Assembly: GCA_040954595.2 (NCBI GenBank)
Contig: CM082588.2
Span: 4,528,156-4,592,155, forward strand
DNA: 64,000 nt
Direction of reading: 5' to 3'
From: Balanoglossus misakiensis
Lineage: Eukaryota; Animalia; Hemichordata
How positions within the stretch are numbered: the stretch's first letter is position 1; every line of letters starts with the position of its first letter. Of the stretch, positions 14,895 through 25,900 are shown in pieces. Below the pieces are notes generated by a model. The model was not told the origin of the DNA and did no database searches. It saw only the letters and a program-made list of their open reading frames with translations. The translations under genes and the position numbers were made by a program.

Positions 14895-14957
14895 ATGTAT
14901 TATGTAAAGAGGTGTCGGCTTCAAAGCGCAGGCATGATCTCGTGTAGTACGTACTGA
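14895..14957 (+). other. Upstream ORF (MYYVKRCRLQSAGMISCSTY*) in presumed fzd9/10 5'UTR
   Basis: ATG 14895 to TGA 14957 read directly; uORF status requires the TSS to lie upstream of 14895. Confidence 0.4.
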
Positions 14958-15053
14958 CTATAGAAGCGTCGTGCTGTTTCTGGCTGTGTGCACCGTGTTT
15001 TCCTTGCCAGGCGGCTCGCTGTGGCGAGCTGAAAGGACACCACCGATCTCAAC

Positions 15054-16793
15054 ATGGAACAAAAACTATTAGCGATACTGTGTTTGTTGTGTTTGAGCGC
15101 TGGCGCTACGCCCGTCGACGGCAGTCGGTGCGAACGAATCACGATACCGATGTGCATGGGAATTGGATACAACTACACTCTTATGCCTAATATGATGGGC
15201 CACCACGACCAAGGCGACGCCGCCATCAAAGTTCACGAGTTTTCGCCGCTCGTCGAGTACGGCTGTGCACCCCACTTGAAATTTTTCCTGTGTTCGCTGT
15301 ACGCGCCTATGTGCTCCGAGGAGCTGGACATGCCCATCCCGGCGTGCCGGCCGATGTGCGAGGACGCTAAACGGCTCTGCAGTCCCATCATGGAAAGTTT
15401 CAATTTCGGCTGGCCGAAATCGTTGGACTGCAGCCTGCTGCCGGAGAACTACCGCACCCGGCTCTGCATGGTCGCCCCGAACACCAGTGACAGCGGCAGC
15501 ACGGGCACGTTCGCACCGCCCGGTCCGAACATCAACCCGCCGCTGGTCGGACCCATCGGCGGCGACCCGGCCCCGAACTCGGGCGAAGACGCCACGCCGC
15601 CCGACCAACTGGACGACCCGTGCGCCTACAACAGCGAGAGGTGGGTGTACGCCGAGAAAACGGCCAAGTGTGCGCCGAGGTGCGACGTGGACGTGTACTA
15701 TCGGCGATCAGACAAGGATTTCGCCGAAACCTGGCTGGGAATATGGGGAGTGCTGTGCTGTGCTTCAGCTGTTGCGACTGTGTTAACTTTCTGCGTGGAC
15801 AGAGCTCGTTTTAAGTACCCAGAGCGGCCGATTATATTCCTTTCTATGTGTTACTTTGTCTATTCTATAGCTTACATTGTGCGTTTGGTAGTAGGACCGG
15901 AGGCAATTTCATGTGATGAGACGAACAATGGAGTGAAATACAGAATTCAAGAGGGACTCGAAAGCACGGGTTGTACTATAGTGTTCCTCATACAGTACTA
16001 TTTCTACATGGCCAGCTCCATTTGGTGGGTAATCCTCACTCTGACATGGTTTCTGGCCGCCGGCATGAAATGGGGCTACGAAGCCATTGCCGCCCACAGC
16101 AGCTATTTCCACTTAGTGGCCTGGGCAGTGCCGGCCATCAAGACCATCGTTGTGTTAATAATGAGACGGGTCGACGGCGACGAGCTCACCGGCATGTGCT
16201 ACGTCGGGAATCAGGACCCCAGGGCGCTGCTGGGCTTCGTGCTGATCCCGCTGGCGTGCTACTTCATCATCGGGACCTCGTTCATCCTGGCGGGGTTTGT
16301 GTACCTCTTCCGCATCCGCAAAGTGATGAAGATCGGCGGCAAGAACATCGAGAAGCTGGAGAGGCTGATGGTGAGGATCGGGATCTTCTCCGTGCTGTAC
16401 ACAGTGCCTGCGACGTGTGTCATTGCCACCTACTTCTACCAGTACATCAACATGGACGACTGGGAGGAGACGGCCAAACACTATAACCCGTGCGCGGACG
16501 GGGACTGCACCTTGGCCCAGTCCATCCCCAGCGTGCCGGTCCTCGTGGTCAAGATCTTCATGCTCCTGGTCGTGGGCATCACCAGCGGCATGTGGATATG
16601 GAGCTCAAAGACAGTCAATTCGTGGCAGAAGTTTTTCAACAGGCGCTTCCATCGGAAGAAAGTGAAGATGAATTACAAAGTGCCCATGGTGCCGCGCTCC
16701 CCACCCAGGGCCAAGTACGTGGCCAGCCAAGGTACATCATACACGCCCACCAGACCCAACCCGCCGCCGTTTGACCCGGCGATAAAACTGTGA
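15054..16793 (+). CDS. fzd9/10: Frizzled-9/10 class Wnt receptor, single coding exon, 579 aa
   Basis: Signal peptide (MEQKLLAILCLLCLSAGA); Frizzled cysteine-rich domain (CERITIPMC..GYNYT.MPN..HEFSPLVEYGC..FFLCSLYAPMC..PACRPMCE..CSPIMESFNFGWP..LDC); seven hydrophobic segments with FKYPERPIIFLSMCY, WFLAAGMKWGYEAI and LERLMVRIGIFSVLYTVPA; Dishevelled-binding KTxxxW (KTVNSW). HEFxPLVEYGC and KWGxEAI match FZD9/FZD10 as recalled. Confidence 0.96.
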   Translation: MEQKLLAILCLLCLSAGATPVDGSRCERITIPMCMGIGYNYTLMPNMMGHHDQGDAAIKVHEFSPLVEYGCAPHLKFFLCSLYAPMCSEELDMPIPACRPMCEDAKRLCSPIMESFNFGWPKSLDCSLLPENYRTRLCMVAPNTSDSGSTGTFAPPGPNINPPLVGPIGGDPAPNSGEDATPPDQLDDPCAYNSERWVYAEKTAKCAPRCDVDVYYRRSDKDFAETWLGIWGVLCCASAVATVLTFCVDRARFKYPERPIIFLSMCYFVYSIAYIVRLVVGPEAISCDETNNGVKYRIQEGLESTGCTIVFLIQYYFYMASSIWWVILTLTWFLAAGMKWGYEAIAAHSSYFHLVAWAVPAIKTIVVLIMRRVDGDELTGMCYVGNQDPRALLGFVLIPLACYFIIGTSFILAGFVYLFRIRKVMKIGGKNIEKLERLMVRIGIFSVLYTVPATCVIATYFYQYINMDDWEETAKHYNPCADGDCTLAQSIPSVPVLVVKIFMLLVVGITSGMWIWSSKTVNSWQKFFNRRFHRKKVKMNYKVPMVPRSPPRAKYVASQGTSYTPTRPNPPPFDPAIKL

Positions 16794-17895
16794 TTCGGTG
16801 GAAACATTGCAATTCAAGAGAGTTGGACACACACACACACCGCAAACGGCGTAGAGCCCACCCCGATCGCCGAGGAGTCGCCATGGTAACGCGCCCGTGA
16901 CTTTTGAACCGACACAGTGTCAGAAACGGTCAGCCTTGTTGAGGGGCTTTTTTAAAAAGCCGGCGTTGTTATGAATGAACCCTTGCTATACTCCCCGAGA
17001 ACATGCCAAGCTCTTTGTCCGGGTGAGACGAACGGGAAAGCATCGCCGATCATGTGAGACGGAGACTGTTTGTCCCACACCGCTCCTTCGCTCGATTCGA
17101 AGGAAGGAGGACGGTGATTCATAGGACCATGTGACTGACGAAATTGTACAAAAAATGGACCAGAAAACTATTTGTGTCACCGACCGTATCAGTCACTAAG
17201 TCAGTGTTTGTATTTGGCTGGGCCGAATGGAAGGAATGTTTTGGGCGGTCAACGGCAAACACAAAACCCCAAATGCTCGACAGACTTAAAAGTATTAGGC
17301 TGATAGAGTAAACACATAAAGTTAATAGTTAAACAGTGCATCTGCTGTACATTGAGAATAACGCACTCAGCGGCATTACAGTACCGTTCGCCTTCTTTTC
17401 AATTGCCGCGCTTTAATGGGTTGTACTTATACAAAACACGATAAAAAAAACCCACTCTGCCAAATTCTGTGTGGTAACTTTCACTGCGTTCTCTGAAACG
17501 TCCGTGTTCTTTGGCAGTTTGAGAGTGTTGTTCAAGTTACAAAGTTCATCAAGTTATATCCAGTGTTTGTTGATGGTGACTTCAAGCCTCCCAGTTTACA
17601 TTCCTACAGTTGACCCCATTGTTTGCTCCAAGTTATTTTTATCGCCCAGCGTTATTTTATTGTAATTCAGACCTATTCATTTTGCCCCTGTACCAGTCAA
17701 ATTACACCGACTATGTTATACTGTATCAGAGATTGGAGGAAAAAACATGTTTTAGTCAATCAAGGTTACGCTAATGTTAGAGAAGTAACCTTTATTTTTC
17801 TGGTAACACAAAATGTATTGTGAAGGAAGCTTGCCATCGTGTTGTTGATGAATAGCCAATAGGCGAGCTATGTTGACAGTTGGCCGCACACACGC

Positions 17896-17901
17896 AATAA
17901 A
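17896..17901 (+). terminator. Candidate polyadenylation signal AATAAA for fzd9/10 (3'UTR about 1.1 kb)
   Basis: First AATAAA I found after the stop codon, following an AT-rich 3'UTR-like tract and followed by T/GT-rich sequence. Confidence 0.55.
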
Positions 17902-20900
17902 AACCCGATGTGTACATTTAAACTACTCTTCGGTCGCCATTTATTTACCCGTGTATCGTATTCTGTAGTCCGAGTTCGTTCCACAAAACGCACCGACTTT
18001 GTTGTCTGTGTCGACTACAACCTCATCGATGTAAACTTTTGGTGATTTTTTGTGTGTTTGCGAAGTTCTTTTATGTCTGTGGATTTGATGAGGGTAGAAC
18101 ATACTGGGGCTTTGTGGCGGTGAACACGCATTCTTCCTACACTTTGGAAACCTTACACAGCCAATGCAGGAGCCTGTATTAAATTAACAAAATGTCTGTC
18201 GACCGGGAATGTTTCGCTGGTAACCGCGTCTCTCAGTATGCGCGAACGCCTTGAGCTCGGCGCTCTCCCATTGTCCCACCAGCGCACTTTGCACAAGCTT
18301 TGATAAACTTCCACGCATGCAGAGGAAAAAAGACACCAGCTCTTTTTTGGGAGAGTTTTGAAATTAGGAGTGACACTCGAGGCTGTTTCGTGAGTTGCTT
18401 TTAGTGGCCAGAAAAATACACTGCCGCGCTTTGATAGGCCTACTGGGAGTCTTTCATTGAATTCTAGGGTGGCAGTCTCAAAGGGAGTAAAGCCGCTGTT
18501 ACATGACTAATGGCAGTATTTTCAGCAGCCCCTCGTAAAAACTCCCCGCTTGAAAGATTTGGATCACAGGCCTGTTTTAATACTTTGTCTAACAAGCTTT
18601 ACAGAGTTTAAACAAATCAAGTTCTCCGCCGGTGCGGCCGTAAAAAGGGGTTGAAATTTATTCTGGGTGTGTCGCATTACTTGTGACCGACAACGTTGTT
18701 CAAAAGATACCCCCCCCCCCCGAAAAAACAGGTTTTGACAAAATCAGCAACCACGAAAATTTCTCTAAAATCGTACCCACCCGAGTATCGTGTTATGTAA
18801 TATTAGTTATGTGATTTGACTGTTCGCTTGGTGCGGTTGTAATGTGACGAAGTTATGTAGGTTTTTTTTTCAGCGAACACGTTTGTCTTTCTGTTCACGT
18901 AATCTGTCACGACGTCCCTGACTCTATTTATTCTCTTGCCGTAAAAGGGGGATTGTTTTTATGAAATAATCCCGCATGATATACGAGTTCGGAATGCACC
19001 TTTGCATTAGCTGGCTTTTAGGATATATTCAGTTTATTAGCAAACTTTTATGGGGTCTTTTGTGATATTGTTTATTTCCCTGTTTTCATCGTTCGAGTTT
19101 AACTGTGCTTTAATACAAATGAATGACATGTCAGCTGACGCCGCCACTGGCGACACTATAAACGTGGCGAAATATAAACATAAAACTGGAGTGATTGTTC
19201 TCTTCTTTTTTCCTCGAGAATTAGAATGTTTTCCTTTTATTTCACTCGCCAACCTTGTAATTCGAATCGAGGCAAACGTGGCGGTCGCGACTGACTTACG
19301 GAGGTCGCGTTGCCAGTGAACGACAGCCGTCCGGGAGAACGCATGTATACGCCATAAAAAATCCCCGTTTTGTAACTTGATTCTGTGGTATTCTCTGCAG
19401 CCCAAATTTACGATAGTTTGTTGCCGGTTTAACTGCTTACATTTCGCAAAATTGGCATTTTGCAGCTAGATTTTATTAGGTCGTATAGACGGAATTGGCC
19501 GCCATTTTGTGTGGAGTATGTGAGCTGCCAGCCAATTCCGCTGTCTGACCGAAGCTACTAAATTTCTGCCGAGTTCAGTAACACGGCTGTTTGCCAATGG
19601 GAAAACACGTAAACTTGGTATGCAAGTGCCTAACATTCTGAGTGTGCTCGATTCAAAACCTTGCAAATGGAATCTCGCGTTATTCCAAACGTGAAAAATT
19701 AACCTACATTGTAAATGTCGAAATAATAGCTTGATTGTTTCAAGTAAATATCAGTAAGCGTATTGACTCTTCATGTGTTTCTGAGTAATCGTCATTTCAG
19801 GGTATAACCAGAGAAACAAAAATCTGACCAATCTCGGTGTTTCAGTGTTATCACGACTGAAGTACATGTGTATGCGAACTACCAGACTACTGCCCAAACT
19901 TTACAAGTTGAGAGTTACTACATTAATTTCGCTTTGTTTAGTGTGTATGAGAATACGCATAGAGCTAGACGCTAAAATCAATTGCGAAGGCTGGTGTTAC
20001 GCATTTTGTGATTAAACCCAAACGGTGGCAAATCTTGATAGAAACATCTCTTGCAAGTTGTAATCCCATGTGTGCATAAGCGTTAAAGATAATTTGAGAG
20101 CCGCGGTGCAGGTGCAGCAAATCGGTCGTTATATAGACCAATTCGCCATATCGCCCGATCTGTTTCTTTAATCTTTGCCCTTTGACCCAGTGATCCCGGG
20201 TGCGGAATAGGCAGACCTTAAATTCAATAACCGGTCGAGTCTAAGAGATAAATATTTTGATACGCGATACATGGGCGATTATACATTAATAGGATGAACA
20301 TATGATCCCTCCCCTATCGTGGTAGTTAGGAAATCTTCAGTCAATTTTTTTCGGCTGTATTTGTGGCCAATCGCCAGTGATCAGAATTTTGATTTGTTGA
20401 TGTTATATTTGTAAGATCTATACTCGGTTGGCAGTGTTTGTCGTAAGTTGACAAGTGAAGTTCTCGCTTCACTTGTCAACGGCACTGTTAGTATTGGCTT
20501 TGAAATCTGTGAGATTTGACGTCCGAGAATTCTGATCTGCGATAGGGAGTGAAACAAATCTAGTCGACGGGCAGGACTGAAATTCTGCAAAAAATATTGG
20601 CAGTATTCGCCCACTTCCAAGGAAGTGACGCAAACCTGTATTTTTTGTGTGAAATGTCCACAAGTAAAAACACATGTACACACGCTGTGCGCATGTATAG
20701 GTTTGTGAATGATGTTGTGTGCAATATAGGTACTCTCTAGAGGGTCATGTCTGTCTCGCTCGGTCTTCTGGAAACAATTTCAACGGCTGTCACGTGATTA
20801 TCGTCGTATTGGTCTCTGTTTCTGGCGTGGAATCAATTGCTGGGCATCGCTTCTACATTAAAAGTACGGTCGCCAAAGGAGTCTAGATTTGGAGGGAGGT

Positions 20901-22871
20901 GCTTGCAAATACGTTACCTATAACAACGGAAAGGTGACGGGTAAATTAGTATTTAATAATACGTCATGAGGATCAAATATTGCGCGCAAGACTTACTGAG
21001 AAACAATCGTTCACAAGAGTGTGAATCATTCTAACAGGCTGTGACTAATTAGCGTGCTTGTCATATCATGCTTGGGAAAGTTTATAATACCGCGAGGAAA
21101 TCTAATTAACTTTTAATTGAATAATCTGAGATATCAGGGTATTGTATATTATTTTATTTAATTAACCAATTAGCGAAGACAGGCGATATTACTCGGTGTA
21201 TTTCTGGTGTGTCGCGTGAACCGTGCGAGGCGCAGGGGGAGGGAAGATACCTATTAGCAGAAGTCAGACTGTCAGTGACATGCAAATTTTAGTCATCACG
21301 GAGTAACGCCACCAAAAGCGATTCATGTCATGACTCGAAAATGTTTCCCGCGGAGGAACTCTTGGGAAAAGAGACCATCTGGAGCAGGTAAAACTACAGC
21401 CGCGAAAACCCGTGACGTCATGACTGAGTATGGCACCGATTATAAAACGCGGCACACAGTGAATCTCATTTGTCTGGAGTGAAAATCATGGCGCTTCGTT
21501 CATCAAGGGTGTCTCTAGCTTTATCCCCCTTTTAAATACGACTTCCCCAGTTCGTAATTGAAGGGTTTATCTCGGGAAAAGTTATTCTGTTTTTGCTATT
21601 TCGGGAAAGTATCTGAATTTTGGTTTGCTCTGGAAAGTCGAGGTAAACTATATGATGTCCTCCCTGTTATATATAGTGCATTTTTCTGAGTCGATAATTC
21701 TTTTGCTAAATTTCAGGCATGCTTGCTAACACCCACCTCTTTCTTGTACGTGTTTGTCAACAAATACGACCTGAGTGGCTTTTCTTAAGATATCTACTAG
21801 TAAAAAAAAACGGGAACGGCCTTGTCACTGGCGTTCCACGCGAAGATTCCACGACGTCGTCAGCAAACATTGCTTTTGTAATATATCTTGTTAGTAGCGC
21901 TAAACTGCCAATATTTGAGATTCGCTGTATACACAGATCAAGTAGCTGGTTCAATAGGCAAAACGTAAATGGACAAACAAGCTCAGAAAGAGGGAAAGTG
22001 TATCGACCGACAAGTCATGTGATCCAATTTCCTAAGGCAACAAAACTCGACCTCGTATTTTGAGTTCAGCGTCTTTCTCTCCGTACTCATACTCGCTTAG
22101 ATTATTATCGAATCGCACTCAGTACTGTACGAGTTTATTTTTTCGAGCGTTTACATAAGACGGACCCGTCGCACGTACGCTTCATCGCTACGCGGCCACA
22201 CGGCCTTGATCTTTTGGTATTGACATATATAATGGGCCAACATCCCTCCTCCCCGGTGTATTAAGCACCGGCAGTATGCCGCCAGCCCCGGAGTTTATTT
22301 AAGGTTATTTAAGGACACCACAGCGTCTGTCGCTAATTAGCCAAATGGACGGATGAATTGCTAATTTCAGTGAAATCAAAAAGCTGCCTGAAAACGAAAA
22401 AGTATTGAGGGGAAACGTGGTACAATGTATACAGTTTAAGTCAACAGTCCAGAGCAATTGCGCGTAGCCTTGAGATCGCGAGAAATGGCTTTCGCGTTAG
22501 CGATTAATAGTTTTTCGGGGGCGGATAGAGGTTTGACTTGTCAAGGCTGCTGCCGTGGTGTGTAGCTGAATGTCTAATGAATCATGGTGGTTGGGAAGGC
22601 TATAATGTCCCGCCACTCGACTGTGGAATGCCTGTAAACAGACATGATGCCGAGTCTTCAATTTCAACTCCGACCAGCACACACCAGGGCAGCACCGAGC
22701 GATAACCGTTGAAGGGAAATTCTATCCGCCCTGCTATCGGAGAGCGTAAGTCGTGTCATAGCAGACTGCGCTGGTGTCCGCCATCATAAGTGAAAGAAAC
22801 CCTTGGTGTGAGTGTATTGAAGAATGTCGTCATATCTTGTTCATGGCAGAACATTGTCCGTACACTGTATT

Positions 22872-22995
22872 TGTGTCTGTCTGTCTGTCTGCCTGTCTGC
22901 CTGCCTGCATGCCTGACTGCCTGTCTGTCTGTCTGTCTGTATGTATGTATGTAACATGTATGTGGGTATGTGTGTGGGTATATGTGTGTGCGTGT
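22872..22995. repeat. Degenerate (TCTG)/(CCTG)/(TATG)/(TG) microsatellite
   Basis: Directly visible low-complexity tract. Confidence 0.85.
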
Positions 22996-25900
22996 ATTAC
23001 ACAAACGAACGAGGAATAAAAGACCGCGTTCCCGAGTCAAAAATATCATGAATTCTCAAGTACTTTTAATCGCTGTTTATGGTTTACTCTTCTATTATGA
23101 GTGAATCACATCACCACGTCCCGAATTGACTTGAGGTGAACCAGTTATTCTTTTATGTCGCTCGCCCAATAATCGATGGAGTGGACGGGCAGCTGTGTCG
23201 GGATCCTTAACTCTGCCCCGAGGAGATTTCGACTCCCTGAAAATTAAATAAAGAGATGAGACTCCGCGCAAACCGGGTGCTTAATTAACTGATTGAATGG
23301 GCGCTGAAGAATCGAAAATTGGATTGTCAATAGAGCCTCGCCGACGCGATATTGAAACGCACACCAGGCAGAAAATTTGTGGGGATGGGAATCTTGTTTG
23401 CCGACAGATTAAGACGTAGATGTTCAACACTGGAAGTGACAACTTTTCAAACAATGCCGTTTAGTTTGTTTGTTTCGCCGTGTTAGGGCAGACAGACAGA
23501 GAGGAACGAAGGCTACATCGATGGGCTTCCTGATAAAACTAGTTCACGGATACCCTGCCCTAGTGAACGAACCCGTAAGTAGCAGAAACTCGACACGTTC
23601 AGTTCGACTAAACCCGATCCAATCTCTAGATTAAGAATTTAGCCGTGGGTCCCCGTGCAGTTGCGCAGCCACCGATTCGAAAAGCCTAATTTGATCGCCT
23701 TGGTCTTGGAAAGGAATTTGCCTGGCGCTAATATATCTGTGCACTGGATACAGCGCCAGGTAATTGCAAAAAGCTCGTGGGGTCAGAGTGAGTGGGATTC
23801 GCAAAGGACTTGCAGCGCAAATCGGCTTATGGACGGGGTTTTAATGTCTTATTTGATGCGTATCAACAGCGGAGATCGGGAAAAGATGCCGACAGAAATT
23901 AATTCACTGCGATCCCGACTTTACGAGTCTTAAAACGTCACCACCGCCAAAGCATATGCTGGATCTGGCGACGCTACCTGCATACGCAATGAACTTGACC
24001 CTCGTCTGCCAAACTGCACATTCCCGCGTAATCGTGATGGTTGTAATAACCATAGACAGTCTACCGTCTATGTAAAAAATTATATAAGACAGGGAAGCGA
24101 AGCCCCACATTTAAAACAAGCTACACGCACACAGATTTGTGAATAATCATAACAAATCGACCAACAATAAAAATAAAATTTATATATTCATATATTCATC
24201 GAAAAATCATCCCCTTGGACACATTATTGTAATATTGCTCGCCAAAGCATTCATTGGCCAATCAAGAATAATGTTATCTTATATTGCTCAAAAATATCGA
24301 TATATACATGGACTGTGATATAAAAATTAAAATAACGATCGCTGTTTATGCTGTTGATGATGATAGCCTGAACTAAACGCGCTCGTTGGGTTGGGCAAGT
24401 CGTCGGACTGTACTCTTAGTAGAGAATCGTAAATTATGAGCGATCTCCTCCGGGCGCAGAGACAATGGGGCCGGGTAAGATTTATGCTTCAATAAGGCTC
24501 GGAATGTATGTAGTGCACCGACAATGCCGAAGCCCCCACGGAAACCTTACAATTCTGTGCCCCTGGTGATTTACCGCTGTGCGCGTTGCCATCTGCGCTT
24601 ATGCAAGTTTGAATTTTCAACTGCATCTTTTGTGTGGTTATTAAGATACAGGGGGTGACCCCTTCAAACTCTGACCTGCTCCCGTACATTGAAAAATTCC
24701 CCCTGTCAATTCCTTCTGTTGTGTGGGCACTTTCTTTTCTCAAGGCGAACGAGGTTCTGTCACAGTCAAAAGTACTCGGCAGTTCCGTCTTAAACATTTT
24801 CGCCTAAACCGAGTGAACAGTCGGTAGATTTGAAGAAATCCCGGAGAGAGAAAATAAACTCGCCCAGGCAAACACAGCCCGCGCAGTCAAGCTTGTAGAA
24901 AGAACGAGCAAAATGCGCTCCTCGGCTGTACAGCTAAGTAGAAATTCAATGCATTTTTAAAAAAGAGAAATCCCTTGAGAGGGAGAGACTTATCTACATA
25001 TATGCTCCGGCTAATCTGTACACTGAAGGTCGCTACAGCACAGAAGGCCGTAGACGGGGTGTCGCTTCAGTGGTCTCGTCATAGCCCGGGCAGATCATAC
25101 GGTATCTGCAGCAACCACAAGGGACTCGACAGACGAGATGATCTTTTGGTCGCTACAATCTCTAATAAAGTCCACAAAATCCGAAATCTGGGGATATATG
25201 AAAGTGTATTCGTTGTATCAGAGCTTTCATCATATCAGCATTCTTTACTCGCAGTGTACTGACACGGTATATACATGTACTGTTGTCGTGTCTTTCTATG
25301 CAAAATTGTCCATCTGGTTTATAATTCTTTCCCGAGTCTGTGTATACATTTAAATTATTCCAGGAGAGGCGACATATTCTCACAGACGCAAAATTCATAA
25401 ATAGGCCGGATAAAGTTGCGGAAACGTCAAACTGAACGACCCTGACATTGTATCGAGGACAGGAGATATTTTATCTGTTTGAACGTGACACTTGATATCG
25501 GTGTTAAATTATCGCCGAATGATACGACCCCATGAAAAGTCTGATATAAATTACTCCCGTCTCCGAACGTCAGTCGGTGGGCGCGTCCAATGCCAATCGA
25601 CACGCGATACGTCATAGGTCAGGGGTCATTAATAGTTTCTGTACATCGAGAAAGTAACTAAATATATATTTTCATAAATTTAAAGTGGGAAACAGTTCAT
25701 TACTTTTAATATTAATTTATGATAATCAGGCTACACTTTTAATTTGAAGTTTGTTAGGCTAAGCTTAGCGTGCATACATATATACATGCATGCAACACTG
25801 TTATCAGGGCTCCGGGAATGGCAGGGAGGAGAAAAGGCCAGACCAAAAGGCAAATCAATCATTTTCTTATTCGTCCCCACTGATTTAGATGATGTATCCG

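Noticed and set aside
15069-16884. Overlapping alternative-frame and antisense ORFs within frizzled
   Set aside because: Expected shadows of a GC-rich CDS; no recognisable domains.
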